A stretch of 45,097 nucleotides of DNA from Oceanospirillaceae bacterium (GCA_047625285.1 JBLHQO010000001.1:1-45097); one strand, 5' to 3'. Counted from the stretch's first letter, positions 1 to 11,003 are shown. The notes: a model not told the origin generated them from the sequence alone. Made by a program: numbers and translations.

Positions 1-129
1 TGTTACCGCTAGGGATCATTACAGCCCCGCAACCGTACGCGTACAAATTGCAGCCATGCTAAAACAAAGAGTGACGGTAAAGGATAAAAGCAGCAGGTTA
101 AATCTACCCAATTAGGTGCGAAATAGTTG

Positions 130-489
130 CTAAATAAGCACTAACAGCCACACCAGCGTGCATTGTATCATGGCTAATAAGACCGCCGCAGAAGCCACAT
201 CTTTAGCCACGGCAGACCAATGGTGAAGCTCGTCGCCGTGGCGGTCAATCGCCGCTTCCACTGCCGTATTGATTAATTCAGTAATCAGCACAACAAACAA
301 ACTCATCACTAATAGGGCACTTCCCACACGAGTCTCTGGCAACCACAAAGCCAAAGGCAACATCACCAATAAAGCCACGCTCTCTTGCTGAAAGGCTGTT
401 TCATTACGCCATGCGAAGGTAAGCCCACACCAAGAGTAACCACCGGCTTTAACCAACCGTTTTACGCTGAATAATTTACCATTAGACAT
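130..489 (-). CDS. dgkA: Diacylglycerol kinase (prokaryotic DAGK family)
   Basis: 119 aa with three hydrophobic segments; motifs YSWCGL..AW..E.AFQQE, ELINTAVEAAID and AKDVASAAV. Confidence 0.93.
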   Translation of the reverse strand: MSNGKLFSVKRLVKAGGYSWCGLTFAWRNETAFQQESVALLVMLPLALWLPETRVGSALLVMSLFVVLITELINTAVEAAIDRHGDELHHWSAVAKDVASAAVLLAMIQCTLVWLLVLI

Positions 490-2271
490 TTAAATACCCT
501 TAATGGATTGAAATTGTAATTGATGCAGGTGGGCGTATAGTCCTTGTTGAGCAATAAGCTGTTGATGACTGCCTTGCTCCACTAATTGCCCTTGGTCCAT
601 CACTAAGATCACATCGGCCTGCTCAATCGTTGACAGGCGGTGTGCAATCACCAAAGTGGTTCGGCCTACCATCACTTGGTCTAATGCCGCTTGTATATGA
701 CGCTCTGATTCTGTATCTAACGCTGAGGTGGCTTCATCGAGCACCAATAAAGGAGCATCCTTCAATAAAGCTCTGGCAATGGCGATACGTTGCCGTTGCC
801 CGCCAGATAAAAGCACGCCAGATTCACCCACCATAGTGTCCAAACCTAAACTCATACGATCGGTAAACTCTGTCACTCGGGCAGCCTTAGCGGCCGCTAC
901 AATGTGTTCATCGCTGGCATCAAACATGGCACCATAAGCAATATTTTGGGCAATAGTGCCATTGAATAACACCACTTGCTGATTAACCAAGGCCACTTGG
1001 CGACGTAAATCGACTCGCTTAAGGTCTTGAATATCATCCCCATCTAGCAAAATACGCCCGGCTTGAGGTTCGTAGAAACGCAGCAGCAAGTTCACTAGCG
1101 TAGACTTGCCACTACCAGAGCGGCCCACCAAGGCGACGACCTGCCCTGGCTGAATAACAATATTCACCTTATTTAATAAAGGCTGCTGGTCATAACTGAA
1201 ATCTACGTTTTCAAAGGTGATCTGGCCCTTTGCTCGAGCAATAGATTTGGTGCCTTGATCTGTTTCTGGCTCTTCATCTAGCAAAGCAAAAATACTTTGG
1301 GATGCGGCAATGCCTTGCTGCAAAATGCTGTTGATTTCTGTCATCGAACGCAAGGGTTTGGTGAGCATACCTGAGGCCGTGATAAAGGCGATAAATTGCC
1401 CAGCACTCATGGTATTAATAATACTTGGATGCAACGCCAAATAAATTAAACTGGCCATAGCAACAGCCACCATCATTTGCACCAAAGGTGTATAAATAGA
1501 TTCTGCCAAAGCCAGTTTCATGGCCTGCTGTCGGTTGTTGTTACTGGCAGCCGAAAAGCCTTGTCGCTCCTGATCTTGCGCGCCAAACACACGCACCACT
1601 TCATAACCTTTGATAGCCTCACTGGCACTGGCAGTAACTTGCCCCATGCTGTCCTGTAAATTAGAACTAATGTTTCTAAAGCGCTTGGAGGCTTTGTTAA
1701 CCACCCAACCAATAAATGGGCCCACTGTTAAGAATACTAGGGATAGTTGCCAGTTTAAATACACGATATAGGCCAGCAAACCAACAATAGTAAGCCCTTC
1801 ACGTACAAATATCTTAAGGGCATCAGTTGCTGCGCCGGTCACTTGTTCAACGTTAAAGGTGAGTTTTGACAGCAAGGTTGCTGAGGCATTGCGGTGATAA
1901 AATCGTGCAGGCAGCACCAAAAGTCGATCAAATATATCCACCCGTAGCTGGTGAATCACTCTCCTAGCTACGTAGGTAATACCATAATTACCCAAAAAGA
2001 AACCTACACCACGCACCAGAAATATCACTAATACAGCAGCAGGAATAATGATACGGGCGGCGCTGTTGCTGTTATCGACGCTATCCACCATATATTCCAT
2101 TAGGCTGGCAAAAGCGGGCTGGGTAAGTGCAAACAGAACAAAACCAACAATACTGACGCAGAAGACTATTCTGTGTTGTAATACGTAGCCCAATAAGCGT
2201 TTATAAGCACTCCAAGCGCTTAACGTGGGTTGAGCCCTTGGCGTAGTATCTGGACTTACCGGCTTACTCAT
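490..2271 (-). CDS. msbA: Lipid A export ABC transporter permease/ATPase
   Basis: N-terminal TM domain plus NBD with Walker A GRSGSGKS, signature LSGGQRQR and Walker B LVLDEATSALD; divergent from lpxL. Confidence 0.93.
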   Translation of the reverse strand: MSKPVSPDTTPRAQPTLSAWSAYKRLLGYVLQHRIVFCVSIVGFVLFALTQPAFASLMEYMVDSVDNSNSAARIIIPAAVLVIFLVRGVGFFLGNYGITYVARRVIHQLRVDIFDRLLVLPARFYHRNASATLLSKLTFNVEQVTGAATDALKIFVREGLTIVGLLAYIVYLNWQLSLVFLTVGPFIGWVVNKASKRFRNISSNLQDSMGQVTASASEAIKGYEVVRVFGAQDQERQGFSAASNNNRQQAMKLALAESIYTPLVQMMVAVAMASLIYLALHPSIINTMSAGQFIAFITASGMLTKPLRSMTEINSILQQGIAASQSIFALLDEEPETDQGTKSIARAKGQITFENVDFSYDQQPLLNKVNIVIQPGQVVALVGRSGSGKSTLVNLLLRFYEPQAGRILLDGDDIQDLKRVDLRRQVALVNQQVVLFNGTIAQNIAYGAMFDASDEHIVAAAKAARVTEFTDRMSLGLDTMVGESGVLLSGGQRQRIAIARALLKDAPLLVLDEATSALDTESERHIQAALDQVMVGRTTLVIAHRLSTIEQADVILVMDQGQLVEQGSHQQLIAQQGLYAHLHQLQFQSIKGI

Positions 2272-2414
2272 TTATTATCCTTACATCAGATAGAATATTA
2301 GTTTGTCTTGTTGGCTAGCTGGCATCGCTAGCTCAGTGTAAACTAATGCTCTGTTATCAATTAAATTAGCACTCTACGAGACTAATTGACCCCTTAACCC
2401 CATTCGAATTCTAT

Positions 2415-3332
2415 ATGCCGTCGAACAAACCATCGTTAACCACATTTTACGCTGTAAAATACTGGCCCATTTGGTTTGGCTTAGGCTGCCTGCGCCTCAT
2501 CATCACCCTGCCCTGGGCATGGCGCATGGCTATGGGCCGAGCGATTGGGTGGCTATTATATCAGCTATCTGGCCGCAGAAGATCCATTGCAAAAACCAAT
2601 ATTGGCCTCTGCTTTAGCCATTTAACGGCTTCAGAACAACAGCAGATGGTGAGCCAAACCTTTGCCGACAATGGTATCGGCATTATAGAGACCGCTATGG
2701 CCTGGTGGAGTTCCCGCGAAGAGCTGCGTCATCGGGTATCTATCGAAGGCGCTCAGTTGATCGAACAAGCTCAAGGTCAAGGTCGCGGCGTATTATTGGT
2801 TGGCGCCCATTTCACCAGCCTAGATTTAGGCGGTATTTTATTGGCCCCTAGCTACCCATATTATGCGACTTATCAACGCCACGGTAATGCTTTAATGGAT
2901 TACATTATTCGCCGCGGCCGACTGAATCATTTACCAGGCATAGTAGAGCGAGAAGACATTCGTCATGTGATGCGTTTACTCAAACAAGGTGAAATAGTAT
3001 GGCTAGCACCAGATCAAGATGTTGGGCCAGATCGATCAGTGTTTGCGCCGTTTTTTGGCATAGAGACCGCCACCACACCTATTATTAGCCGTTTAGCTAA
3101 GGCCACAGGGGCTAAGGTACTGCAATTTAGCCATCATCGTACCCACCAAGACCAACGCTACCTGCTAACCGTATCAGACAGTTTAACCAACATCCCTAGT
3201 GGCGACCTGGTGGCAGACGCTACCAGTCTAAACGCGGCTATTGAGGCTTCGGTACGCCTAAAACCTAGCCAATATCTGTGGCTACACCGCCGCTTTAAAA
3301 CACGCCCAAAAAACAGCCCTCACATTTACTAA
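2415..3332 (+). CDS. lpxL: Lipid A biosynthesis lauroyl/late acyltransferase (LpxL/LpxP family)
   Basis: H(x)4D motif HFTSLD, APDQD, FAPFFG and C-terminal QYLWLHRRFKTRP. Confidence 0.9.
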   Translation: MPSNKPSLTTFYAVKYWPIWFGLGCLRLIITLPWAWRMAMGRAIGWLLYQLSGRRRSIAKTNIGLCFSHLTASEQQQMVSQTFADNGIGIIETAMAWWSSREELRHRVSIEGAQLIEQAQGQGRGVLLVGAHFTSLDLGGILLAPSYPYYATYQRHGNALMDYIIRRGRLNHLPGIVEREDIRHVMRLLKQGEIVWLAPDQDVGPDRSVFAPFFGIETATTPIISRLAKATGAKVLQFSHHRTHQDQRYLLTVSDSLTNIPSGDLVADATSLNAAIEASVRLKPSQYLWLHRRFKTRPKNSPHIY

Positions 3333-3348
3333 TCAGTAACATCAAAGG

Positions 3349-6270
3349 TTATTCGGAACACATTAAAACGGCCCATATCGTCTTTACTTTCTCACGCTGT
3401 TCACACAAATCATCGTTAGACACTTCACCTGCTTGATCCTGCAAAGTAAGACGATGCTCAACAGCCCTCATGGTTTGGTAGGCTTCACGTAAATCTTGAG
3501 CTTGAACCGCGGACAAGATATCCTGCATTTCAAACTCTTCTAAAATACGAATATTATCGGTGTAAGTAAGCAACTTTTGGCATCGATGTGCGTGAGCAAG
3601 TACCCCGTACTGAACCATAAATTCAATATCGACGATTCCACCCACGTCATGCTTAAGGTGGAATTGTTTAGTTAACCCATCTGCATTAGGTTTACTGGCC
3701 AACTGCTGGCGCATTTTTTCGCGCATGGCAACCACCTCTTGCTTCAAGTCAGCCTGCTCTCTAACTTGGCATAACACCTGCTTACGCACTGCTACAAAGT
3801 CCTTAGATAGTTTATGGCTGCCCGCAATAGGCCTTGCCCTTACTAAAGCTTGGTGCTCCCATGTCCAAGCTTCATTCAGTTGATATTGGGTAAACGCAGC
3901 TAAGGTGGACACCAATAAACCTTTGGCACCGTCTGGCCTCAAACGCATATCCACTTCAAACAACTGACCAGCCGCAGTCACTGTATTTAGATAGTTAATC
4001 ATACGCTGGCCAAGGCGGGTGAAAAACACGCTATTAGCGATCGGTTTTATACCGTCGGTTTCCGTTTGAGAAGGCATATCGTAAATAAACACCAAATCTA
4101 AATCCGAACCATAGCTCAGCTCCCAGCCTCCTACTTTGCCATACCCTACTACGATAAAGTCGTCACTAGGCCCTTGTTCATTTTGCGGGTTACCGTGGCG
4201 TTCACTCAGCTCACGCCACGCCAAATGCTTCACTTGCCCAACCACCGCTTCGGCCACATAAGTCAGCTGATCACTCACCTTCATCAGTGGTAAACGGCCT
4301 GTCACTTCTTGAGCTGCAATACGCAATAAATGGGCGTGTTTAAAGTGCCTAAGGGCTTCCATTAATTGTTCGGTATCATCTTCTGGTAGGCGCAAAAGGT
4401 TTTGTTCTAACTCTTGCTTTAGTTCAGTCGCATCTGGCACATTAAACAAACTATTAACATCCAACAGTTCATCCAGCAATGAGGGCTGGCGAGCCAGAAA
4501 GTCTGCAAACCACGAGCTAGCAGCACACAACTGAACCAGCAACCTTAAGGCCACTGGGTTCTCTAGCAGCAAAACCAAGTACACTGAACGCCTTAAAACA
4601 GCTTCGATTAACACCAGTACACGGGATAACGTCAGTGCTGGGTCGCTTTGTTGCGCGGCTATTTGTAAAATTTGAGGCATCAACTGAGCTAAACGTTCTT
4701 GTGCTACTGGCTGCATCGTTTGCGCGGAGCGACTTTGATGCAACGCCCACAAGTGCTGCAAAATGCGACTAACATCTGCAAACCCAGCTTGGGTTAATAT
4801 GTCCTGCCACTCAGGTAATAATACAAGCTGGTCTGTTTGGCGGGCACTGTGAGCTATTTCGGCCCACAGCTGGCTTAATTGATGATCTAGGCCTTGAGAT
4901 TCGTTATCCTCCTTCAAGGCCACCACTAACTCAAATTGTTGGTGAATAAAATCCCTAGCGAGGTTAATTTGTATTTGTAAATCATCCCAACAAGCAAAGT
5001 CTAAAGCAAAAGCCAGCCTTGCTTGCTCACTGGCTTGGGTGGGTAAATCTTGAGTTTGTTTATCGTGTACCGCCTGTAGTGCGTGCTCTACATCACGTAA
5101 AAACCAATAGTGCTGGCGTAACTTTTCCACATCTTCTGGCTCTAAACCTGCAGTCTCAGGCAACAAATCTAACACTGCCATTAAACTGGTGGTTTGTAAG
5201 CGAATGTCCCGCCCGCCACGAATTAACTGAAAGGCTTGAGCTATAAACTCTACCTCTCGAATACCCCCAGTGCCTAGTTTAACGTTTTGCTGTAAACCAC
5301 GACGACGAACTTCACTGGCAATCATTTGCTTGAGGCTACGTAAGGATTCAATAGCACTAAAATCTAAATATCTGCGATATACGAAGGGGCGCAACAGGTC
5401 CAACAACTGCCTACCTTGGTCTTGATTACCAGCAACTACTCTAGCTTTAATAAACGCGTATCGTTCCCATTCACGCCCTTGTTGTTGATAATAAATTTCC
5501 ATAGCATCGAAACTTAATGACAGTGCTCCGCTGGTACCATAAGGCCTTAAACGCATATCTACCCGAAACACAAAACCCTCGGCGGTCACCGCATCAATGG
5601 CTTGAATTAAGCGCTGCCCTAGTCGAATAAAGAACTGCTGATTATCTACGCAGCGCCTGCCACCTTGGGTTTCACCACCGGCAGGGAAACTAAAGATCAG
5701 GTCTATGTCAGAGGATAAATTAAGCTCTTTACCACCCAGTTTACCCATTCCTAAAACCACTAGTTGCTGCGGTTGTCCATCACGACTAGTTGGCTGGCCC
5801 CACTGTTTAACACTGTCGTTATGTAGCCATGTCAAAGCTTCATCCACACAAACGTCCGCTAGGTTCGATAGCTCTTCAACTAACGCCTGACTAGACCCTA
5901 AACAACAACGGTTACGCCAAATCAAGCGCACTTGATGAGCTTTTCTAAACTGCCTCAAACACTTGTGAAGGTGTGTTTCGCTAGTCACGTTACTCATCGC
6001 TTGCGCTAACAATGCGTGCAATTGAGGTTTCGAATAAGTTTCTGTCAACAAGGCATGGTCTAGCAACTGCGGACTTAACAAAAGAAGCTGAGCTGAAAAT
6101 GGGCTTGCGGCAATCACATTAATTAGCTGTAGTTGTTTGTCAGCCTGTTGCCACGCTCCATCCTTGGATTGGCCGACGAGTGTTTCAAAACACAACACGA
6201 CTTCGTCTTCTAGAGCATCTGGCAGGGTGCTTAATTGTTGCTGACTAGCGGGCGCTATAATAGTCGCCAT
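3349..6270 (-). CDS. glnE: Bifunctional glutamine synthetase adenylyltransferase/adenylyl-removing enzyme
   Basis: Two nucleotidyltransferase motifs (GMGKLGGKELNLSSDIDL; GYGKVGGWELSYGSDLDL) and VDMRLRP twice. ATG 6270 chosen for GGAG spacing; alternative start 6276. Confidence 0.96.
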   Translation of the reverse strand: MATIIAPASQQQLSTLPDALEDEVVLCFETLVGQSKDGAWQQADKQLQLINVIAASPFSAQLLLLSPQLLDHALLTETYSKPQLHALLAQAMSNVTSETHLHKCLRQFRKAHQVRLIWRNRCCLGSSQALVEELSNLADVCVDEALTWLHNDSVKQWGQPTSRDGQPQQLVVLGMGKLGGKELNLSSDIDLIFSFPAGGETQGGRRCVDNQQFFIRLGQRLIQAIDAVTAEGFVFRVDMRLRPYGTSGALSLSFDAMEIYYQQQGREWERYAFIKARVVAGNQDQGRQLLDLLRPFVYRRYLDFSAIESLRSLKQMIASEVRRRGLQQNVKLGTGGIREVEFIAQAFQLIRGGRDIRLQTTSLMAVLDLLPETAGLEPEDVEKLRQHYWFLRDVEHALQAVHDKQTQDLPTQASEQARLAFALDFACWDDLQIQINLARDFIHQQFELVVALKEDNESQGLDHQLSQLWAEIAHSARQTDQLVLLPEWQDILTQAGFADVSRILQHLWALHQSRSAQTMQPVAQERLAQLMPQILQIAAQQSDPALTLSRVLVLIEAVLRRSVYLVLLLENPVALRLLVQLCAASSWFADFLARQPSLLDELLDVNSLFNVPDATELKQELEQNLLRLPEDDTEQLMEALRHFKHAHLLRIAAQEVTGRLPLMKVSDQLTYVAEAVVGQVKHLAWRELSERHGNPQNEQGPSDDFIVVGYGKVGGWELSYGSDLDLVFIYDMPSQTETDGIKPIANSVFFTRLGQRMINYLNTVTAAGQLFEVDMRLRPDGAKGLLVSTLAAFTQYQLNEAWTWEHQALVRARPIAGSHKLSKDFVAVRKQVLCQVREQADLKQEVVAMREKMRQQLASKPNADGLTKQFHLKHDVGGIVDIEFMVQYGVLAHAHRCQKLLTYTDNIRILEEFEMQDILSAVQAQDLREAYQTMRAVEHRLTLQDQAGEVSNDDLCEQREKVKTIWAVLMCSE

Positions 6271-6517
6271 AAACATTACTCCAAAGAATGATCATCATTG
6301 AGCCAAAACATACATCTAACTGTAACCGAGTGTGGCAGTGCAATGTCGGTGATACATAAACCCTAGACCCTAACGGAAAAATTCCACTCTAATCAAGCTA
6401 TACATCATTTTTTGTGTCATTTATTACCCTGTAGACAAACATCACCGTCCTTTGATCCACATGTTAGCGTACAACCCACGGGCCAAATTTGAAAACCAAC
6501 CCCGATAGCGATGCCGG

Positions 6518-6546
6518 TTTGGCCTTTTTTTGGCCTTTTTTTGGCC
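6518..6546. repeat. Short tandem repeat, 11-bp unit GGCCTTTTTTT, about 2.6 copies
   Basis: TTT-GGCCTTTTTTT-GGCCTTTTTTT-GGCC read directly in the glnE/argA intergenic region. Confidence 0.8.
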
Positions 6547-6638
6547 TAAGTTTACCTATTTTGACCCGTCAAGATAACGAAATGTTGGCTGCCTTAGAAC
6601 TGGAGGTGAATTTTTTCTAAATAGTCCTCTTTGTGTGA

Positions 6639-6667
6639 TTGACAGAAGGGCCGCAGCGCGGCTTAAT
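6639..6667 (+). promoter_or_regulatory. Possible sigma70 promoter of argA
   Basis: Perfect TTGACA at 6639-6644, 17-nt spacer, weak -10 CTTAAT. Confidence 0.3.
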
Positions 6668-6704
6668 AGACTCTTTCCTACCCCCAAGACTATAGGTAAT
6701 TAAA

Positions 6705-8033
6705 GTGATCGAAACCAATCAGCAATATGTGAACTGGTTCCGTCACTCTGCGCCTTACATTAATGCTCATCGCGGCCGTACTTTTGTCATTTATTTGCCT
6801 GGCGAAGCCTTGGCCCACGATAACTTCGCTCATACTATTCACGACATCAATCTCCTCAACAGCTTAGGTGTTAAGTTAGTGTTGGTGCATGGCAGCCGCC
6901 CGCAAATTCAAAAGGCTTGTGAAAAAGCGTCCATGGACTCCCAGTTCCATAACGGTTTACGCATTACTGATTTAGAGCAGCTGGCTTTAGTTCAGGCCAC
7001 TGTTGGCCGCCAAGCGATGCAATTAGAAGCACGCTTTTCCATGGGTTTAGCCAATTCACCCATGCAGGGTTCTCGCATTCGTACCAGCCGTGGTAATTTT
7101 ATCACTGCACGCCCTATTGGTATTAAGAGCGGGGTGGATTTCGCCTACACTGGCGAGGTAAGGCGAGTCGATGCAGATGCAATAGGTAAACAGCTCAATG
7201 ACGGCAATCTTGTACTGATCTCCTGTTTAGGCTATTCCCCCACCGGGGAAACCTTTAACCTGGCTGCTGCACAAGTTGCAGGCCGCGTTGCTGCTAGCTT
7301 ACAAGCCGACAAACTGATTGTGTTTGGGGCCGACAAAGGCATCACTAACTCCCGTGGTGAGCAAGTCATTGAGTTACTCACCCGTGCTGGCCACCGTTTA
7401 GTCCACCAACATCAAAGTAGCGAGGAGTGTTGGACGGACTTGTCCATGCATATTGATGTGTTATCCAAAGCATGTGATGCGGGAGTGGCTCGAGGCCACT
7501 TGTTAAGCTACCAAGAAGACGGTGCCTTACTCACAGAACTCTTTAGCCGCGATGGGTCTGGTACCATGGTGATCAAAGAAAGCTACGAACAAGTTCGTAA
7601 TGCCTGCATTGATGATGTGGGTGGTATTTTGCAACTGATTCGGCCGTTAGAAGACGACGGCGTGTTAGTACGCCGTTCTCGTGAATTACTTGAGTCTGAA
7701 ATTCATTATTTTAGTGTGATCGAACGAGACGGGGCTATTATTGGCTGTGCCGCCCTATATCCCTTCGATGATGCACGCCAAGGAGAACTTGCCTGCATGG
7801 CCATTGATTCCAACTACCGTGGCGGTGACCGAGGCCAAGTGTTATTGCTCCATATAGAAAAGCAATCGAGCCACATGGGGCTACAAACCCTATTTGTACT
7901 GACCACCGCTTCTTCACACTGGTTTATAGAAAATGGTTTTGTTGCAGCCGACTTAGCCGAACTACCTACCAGCAGGCAGTCATTGTACAACTTTCAACGT
8001 AATTCAAAAGTCTTTAGTAAAGAATTACTCTAA
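6705..8033 (+). CDS. argA: Amino-acid N-acetyltransferase (N-acetylglutamate synthase)
   Basis: WFRHSAPYINAHRGRTFV, LVHGSRPQI (AAK domain), C-terminal GNAT domain and YNFQRNSKV; GTG start. Confidence 0.96.
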   Translation: MIETNQQYVNWFRHSAPYINAHRGRTFVIYLPGEALAHDNFAHTIHDINLLNSLGVKLVLVHGSRPQIQKACEKASMDSQFHNGLRITDLEQLALVQATVGRQAMQLEARFSMGLANSPMQGSRIRTSRGNFITARPIGIKSGVDFAYTGEVRRVDADAIGKQLNDGNLVLISCLGYSPTGETFNLAAAQVAGRVAASLQADKLIVFGADKGITNSRGEQVIELLTRAGHRLVHQHQSSEECWTDLSMHIDVLSKACDAGVARGHLLSYQEDGALLTELFSRDGSGTMVIKESYEQVRNACIDDVGGILQLIRPLEDDGVLVRRSRELLESEIHYFSVIERDGAIIGCAALYPFDDARQGELACMAIDSNYRGGDRGQVLLLHIEKQSSHMGLQTLFVLTTASSHWFIENGFVAADLAELPTSRQSLYNFQRNSKVFSKELL

Positions 8034-8077
8034 CCTTGTGTCTTTAACCACAGACTAACGCCTGCGCATACACCAAG

Positions 8078-8581
8078 CTAGATGCGGTCTAATACTAGAT
8101 AACTGAAATCAAACGGATTAGGTTCCTTAGCTGCAATATCCTCACGTGCAATTTCATGCCAAGATGCAGTTTCTAAAGCAGGAAAATAAGCATCACCCTC
8201 AACATGGCGATGTACCCTTGTCAGGTAAACACGGTGTGCTAAAGCTAATGCTTCAGCATAGATTTGTGCCCCACCGATAACCATCACTTCTTCAACTCCA
8301 TTAATCAAGTTGATACTCTCAGCTAAGGCAATCGCTTCATCAAGGCTGGATACCAATTTAATCCCCTGGGTAGGGTAATCCGTTTGGCGGCTAATAACGA
8401 TATTATCTCGCCCTGGTAAAGGCCTGCCAATTGATTCAAACGTCTTGCGCCCCATGATGACAGGTTTGCCTAAGGTCATGGCTTTAAAATACTGAAGGTC
8501 ACCCGGTAAATACCAAGGCAATTGGTTGTTTGTGCCTATGACATTATTTTCGGATGCGGCTACAATCAGTGCAATAGTCAT
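8078..8581 (-). CDS. folA: Dihydrofolate reductase
   Basis: [32 protein letters not shown] and IGGAQIY; 4-bp overlap with thyA stop. Confidence 0.96.
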   Translation of the reverse strand: MTIALIVAASENNVIGTNNQLPWYLPGDLQYFKAMTLGKPVIMGRKTFESIGRPLPGRDNIVISRQTDYPTQGIKLVSSLDEAIALAESINLINGVEEVMVIGGAQIYAEALALAHRVYLTRVHRHVEGDAYFPALETASWHEIAREDIAAKEPNPFDFSYLVLDRI

Positions 8582-9372
8582 ACGGCAACGGCGCCTTTAA
8601 TGTGTGGATGAGACTGATAATCGAGTAATTCAAAGTCTTCAAATTTGAAATTGAAAATATCATCTACCGCAGGGTTAATGTGCATTTTTGGCAACGCCAT
8701 GGTGTCACGAGACAGCTGTAAATCCACTTGTTCCAAATGATTCGAGTAGAGGTGGGCATCGCCTAGGGTATGTACAAATTCCCCAGCCTCTAAACCACAC
8801 ACTTGAGCCACCATCATGGTTAATAATGCGTAGCTAGCGATATTAAACGGCACACCTAAGAAGATGTCTGCACTGCGCTGATACAACTGACAGGACAATT
8901 TACCATTGGCGACGTAAAACTGAAACATCATGTGGCAGGGAGGTAGAGCCATACGCTCTACGTCGGCCACATTCCACGCGCTCACAATTAAACGTCTTGA
9001 ATCAGGATTGCTTTTTATCTGGTTGATGAGGTCGCTAATTTGATCTATATGGCCGCCATCAGGTTTTGGCCATGATCGCCACTGCGATCCGTATACAGGA
9101 CCCAAATCGCCATTTTTGTCGGCCCACTCATCCCAAATTCGCACACCATTGTCTGTTAGATACTGGGTGTTGGTAGAACCTTTCAAAAACCATAACAATT
9201 CATGAATGATAGACTTGAGATGTAATTTTTTAGTGGTTAGAGCAGGGAAGCCTTGGGACAAGTCAAAGCGCATTTGGTAGCCAAATACACTAAGGGTACC
9301 GGTACCGGTACGGTCTTCCTTTAACGCACCGGTATTGCGCACATGGCGCATTAGTTGAAGATACTGTTGCAT
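8578..9372 (-). CDS. thyA: Thymidylate synthase
   Basis: DRTGTGT, catalytic ALPPCH and YQRSAD.FLGVPFN; start trimmed to ATG 9372 (MQQYL). Confidence 0.97.
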   Translation of the reverse strand: MQQYLQLMRHVRNTGALKEDRTGTGTLSVFGYQMRFDLSQGFPALTTKKLHLKSIIHELLWFLKGSTNTQYLTDNGVRIWDEWADKNGDLGPVYGSQWRSWPKPDGGHIDQISDLINQIKSNPDSRRLIVSAWNVADVERMALPPCHMMFQFYVANGKLSCQLYQRSADIFLGVPFNIASYALLTMMVAQVCGLEAGEFVHTLGDAHLYSNHLEQVDLQLSRDTMALPKMHINPAVDDIFNFKFEDFELLDYQSHPHIKGAVAV

Positions 9373-9423
9373 ATAAAAACCGTACAAGAACAAATAAAGG
9401 ATACGTTATTTTAACCCTTAACC

Positions 9424-10200
9424 TTAACCCTTAATAGGGCTCTTGCGTACTAATAAATAAATTCCTAGAGCAATCATTGGCACAGACAATAACTGCCCCT
9501 GAGTCATCCAATCGAAGGCGACATAATTTAGATGGGAGTCTGGCTGTCGAACAAACTCCACCACAAACCTCTGCACACCATAACCTATTAAAAACACACC
9601 TGAAACACGCAAGGCTGCTCTAGGCTTTGCTGAGTATACCCAAACCAACGCGAACAGTAACACACCTTCCAGCGCCAACTGGTAGAGCTGCGATGGATGC
9701 CTTGTTAATGAGTCCACATGAGGAAATACCATGCCCCATGGCAAGTCTGTAGGACGCCCCCAAAGCTCACCACCAATGAAGTTACCTAAGCGCCCTGCAC
9801 CTAAACCAATAGGTACAATGGGAGCCACAAAATCCATCACCTGATAAAATTTAAATCGATGTTTGCGGGCAAACCAAACCACTCCAACAATCACCCCTAA
9901 CAAACCACCGTGAAAAGACATACCACCTTCCCACACGCGTAACAACATACTGGGCTGTGCTAAAAAGGCTTCAAATTGATAAAATAATATGTACCCTACC
10001 CGGCCACCTAGCACCACTCCAAGGGCACCAAAGAAGATCAGGTCACTCACTTGGTCTTTAGTGAACCCAGCCGCCTCGGCGCGACGATTGCCTAGCCATA
10101 AAGCAGAGCCGAAGGCCAATAAATACATCACTCCGTACCAGTGAATCGCTACCGGCCCTAGCTGTATAATAACTGGGTCAATACTGGGGAAAACTAGCAT
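9424..10200 (-). CDS. lgt: Prolipoprotein diacylglyceryl transferase
   Basis: WYGVMY, GGMSFHGG, GRLGNFIGGELWGR and RHPSQLY; start ATG 10200 with AAGGA SD. Confidence 0.96.
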   Translation of the reverse strand: MLVFPSIDPVIIQLGPVAIHWYGVMYLLAFGSALWLGNRRAEAAGFTKDQVSDLIFFGALGVVLGGRVGYILFYQFEAFLAQPSMLLRVWEGGMSFHGGLLGVIVGVVWFARKHRFKFYQVMDFVAPIVPIGLGAGRLGNFIGGELWGRPTDLPWGMVFPHVDSLTRHPSQLYQLALEGVLLFALVWVYSAKPRAALRVSGVFLIGYGVQRFVVEFVRQPDSHLNYVAFDWMTQGQLLSVPMIALGIYLLVRKSPIKG

Positions 10201-10208
10201 AACATTCC

Positions 10209-11003
10209 TTAAAACCAAACACTGATTAACATTCGTAAACCCACCAATAACAGCATCCATGCAAACAGTCGTTTTAGCATTTTTGCCGATAGAAGATGGG
10301 CGATTTTAGCACCATAAGAGGCCGCTATAAAACTGGTAGAGACTATACCAAGCAAGGCAGGCAAATAGATGTAACCTAAACTGTGTGGCGGCAACATGGG
10401 GTTGCCCCAACCCAAAACGCCATTAGATATAGCGCCTGCAATGGCAATAGCAAAGCCGCAGGCGCTGGCAGTCGCTACGGCTTTTTGCATCACTAATTGA
10501 CGATTAGATAACCAAGTAACCAACAAATTGCCACCACCAATACCAAACAGGGCCGAAACCCAGCCGATCAAAGTGCCGGTAATACCCAACCTCAGAGTCC
10601 CTGGCACCTGCAATTGACCTGCCCCTGGTGGCGAGAACATCATTCTTAGGCTCAAAAAAATGGCAAACGCACCAAAACTAGCTTGTAAGAAAAGGGCTGG
10701 GATAGTTAACGCTGTATTGACACCAACAAAGGACCCTAGCAGCATACCCACGGCAATAGGCTTAACTAAATACCATTCAATTGCGCCCTTTTTGTGATGA
10801 GTACGTATGGCACTCAATGAGGTAAATACAATGTTGGCTAGAGAGGTTGCAATAGCCATATAAAATACGATGTCGGGGGTAATACCCTGCAGATTAAATG
10901 CCAATACCAAAGCCGGCACCACAATAACGCCACCGCCAATGCCAAACAAACCCGCTAATAATCCAGCGATCGCACCAAGGGCCATATAAGCAACAAAAAT
11001 CAT
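10209..11003 (-). CDS. TSUP / sulfite exporter TauE/SafE family membrane protein
   Basis: Internal repeat GLFGIGGG / ALFGIGGG, AIATSL, highly hydrophobic; start ATG 11003. Confidence 0.85.
   Translation of the reverse strand: MIFVAYMALGAIAGLLAGLFGIGGGVIVVPALVLAFNLQGITPDIVFYMAIATSLANIVFTSLSAIRTHHKKGAIEWYLVKPIAVGMLLGSFVGVNTALTIPALFLQASFGAFAIFLSLRMMFSPPGAGQLQVPGTLRLGITGTLIGWVSALFGIGGGNLLVTWLSNRQLVMQKAVATASACGFAIAIAGAISNGVLGWGNPMLPPHSLGYIYLPALLGIVSTSFIAASYGAKIAHLLSAKMLKRLFAWMLLLVGLRMLISVWF

Noticed and set aside
1-129. Possible gene start running off the left edge (minus-strand ATG at 19) and a 30-codon hydrophobic ORF ending just before it
   Set aside because: Too little sequence and no recognisable motif
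6600-6630. AT-rich stretch as an ARG box upstream of argA
   Set aside because: Only a half-site-like match with no tandem box
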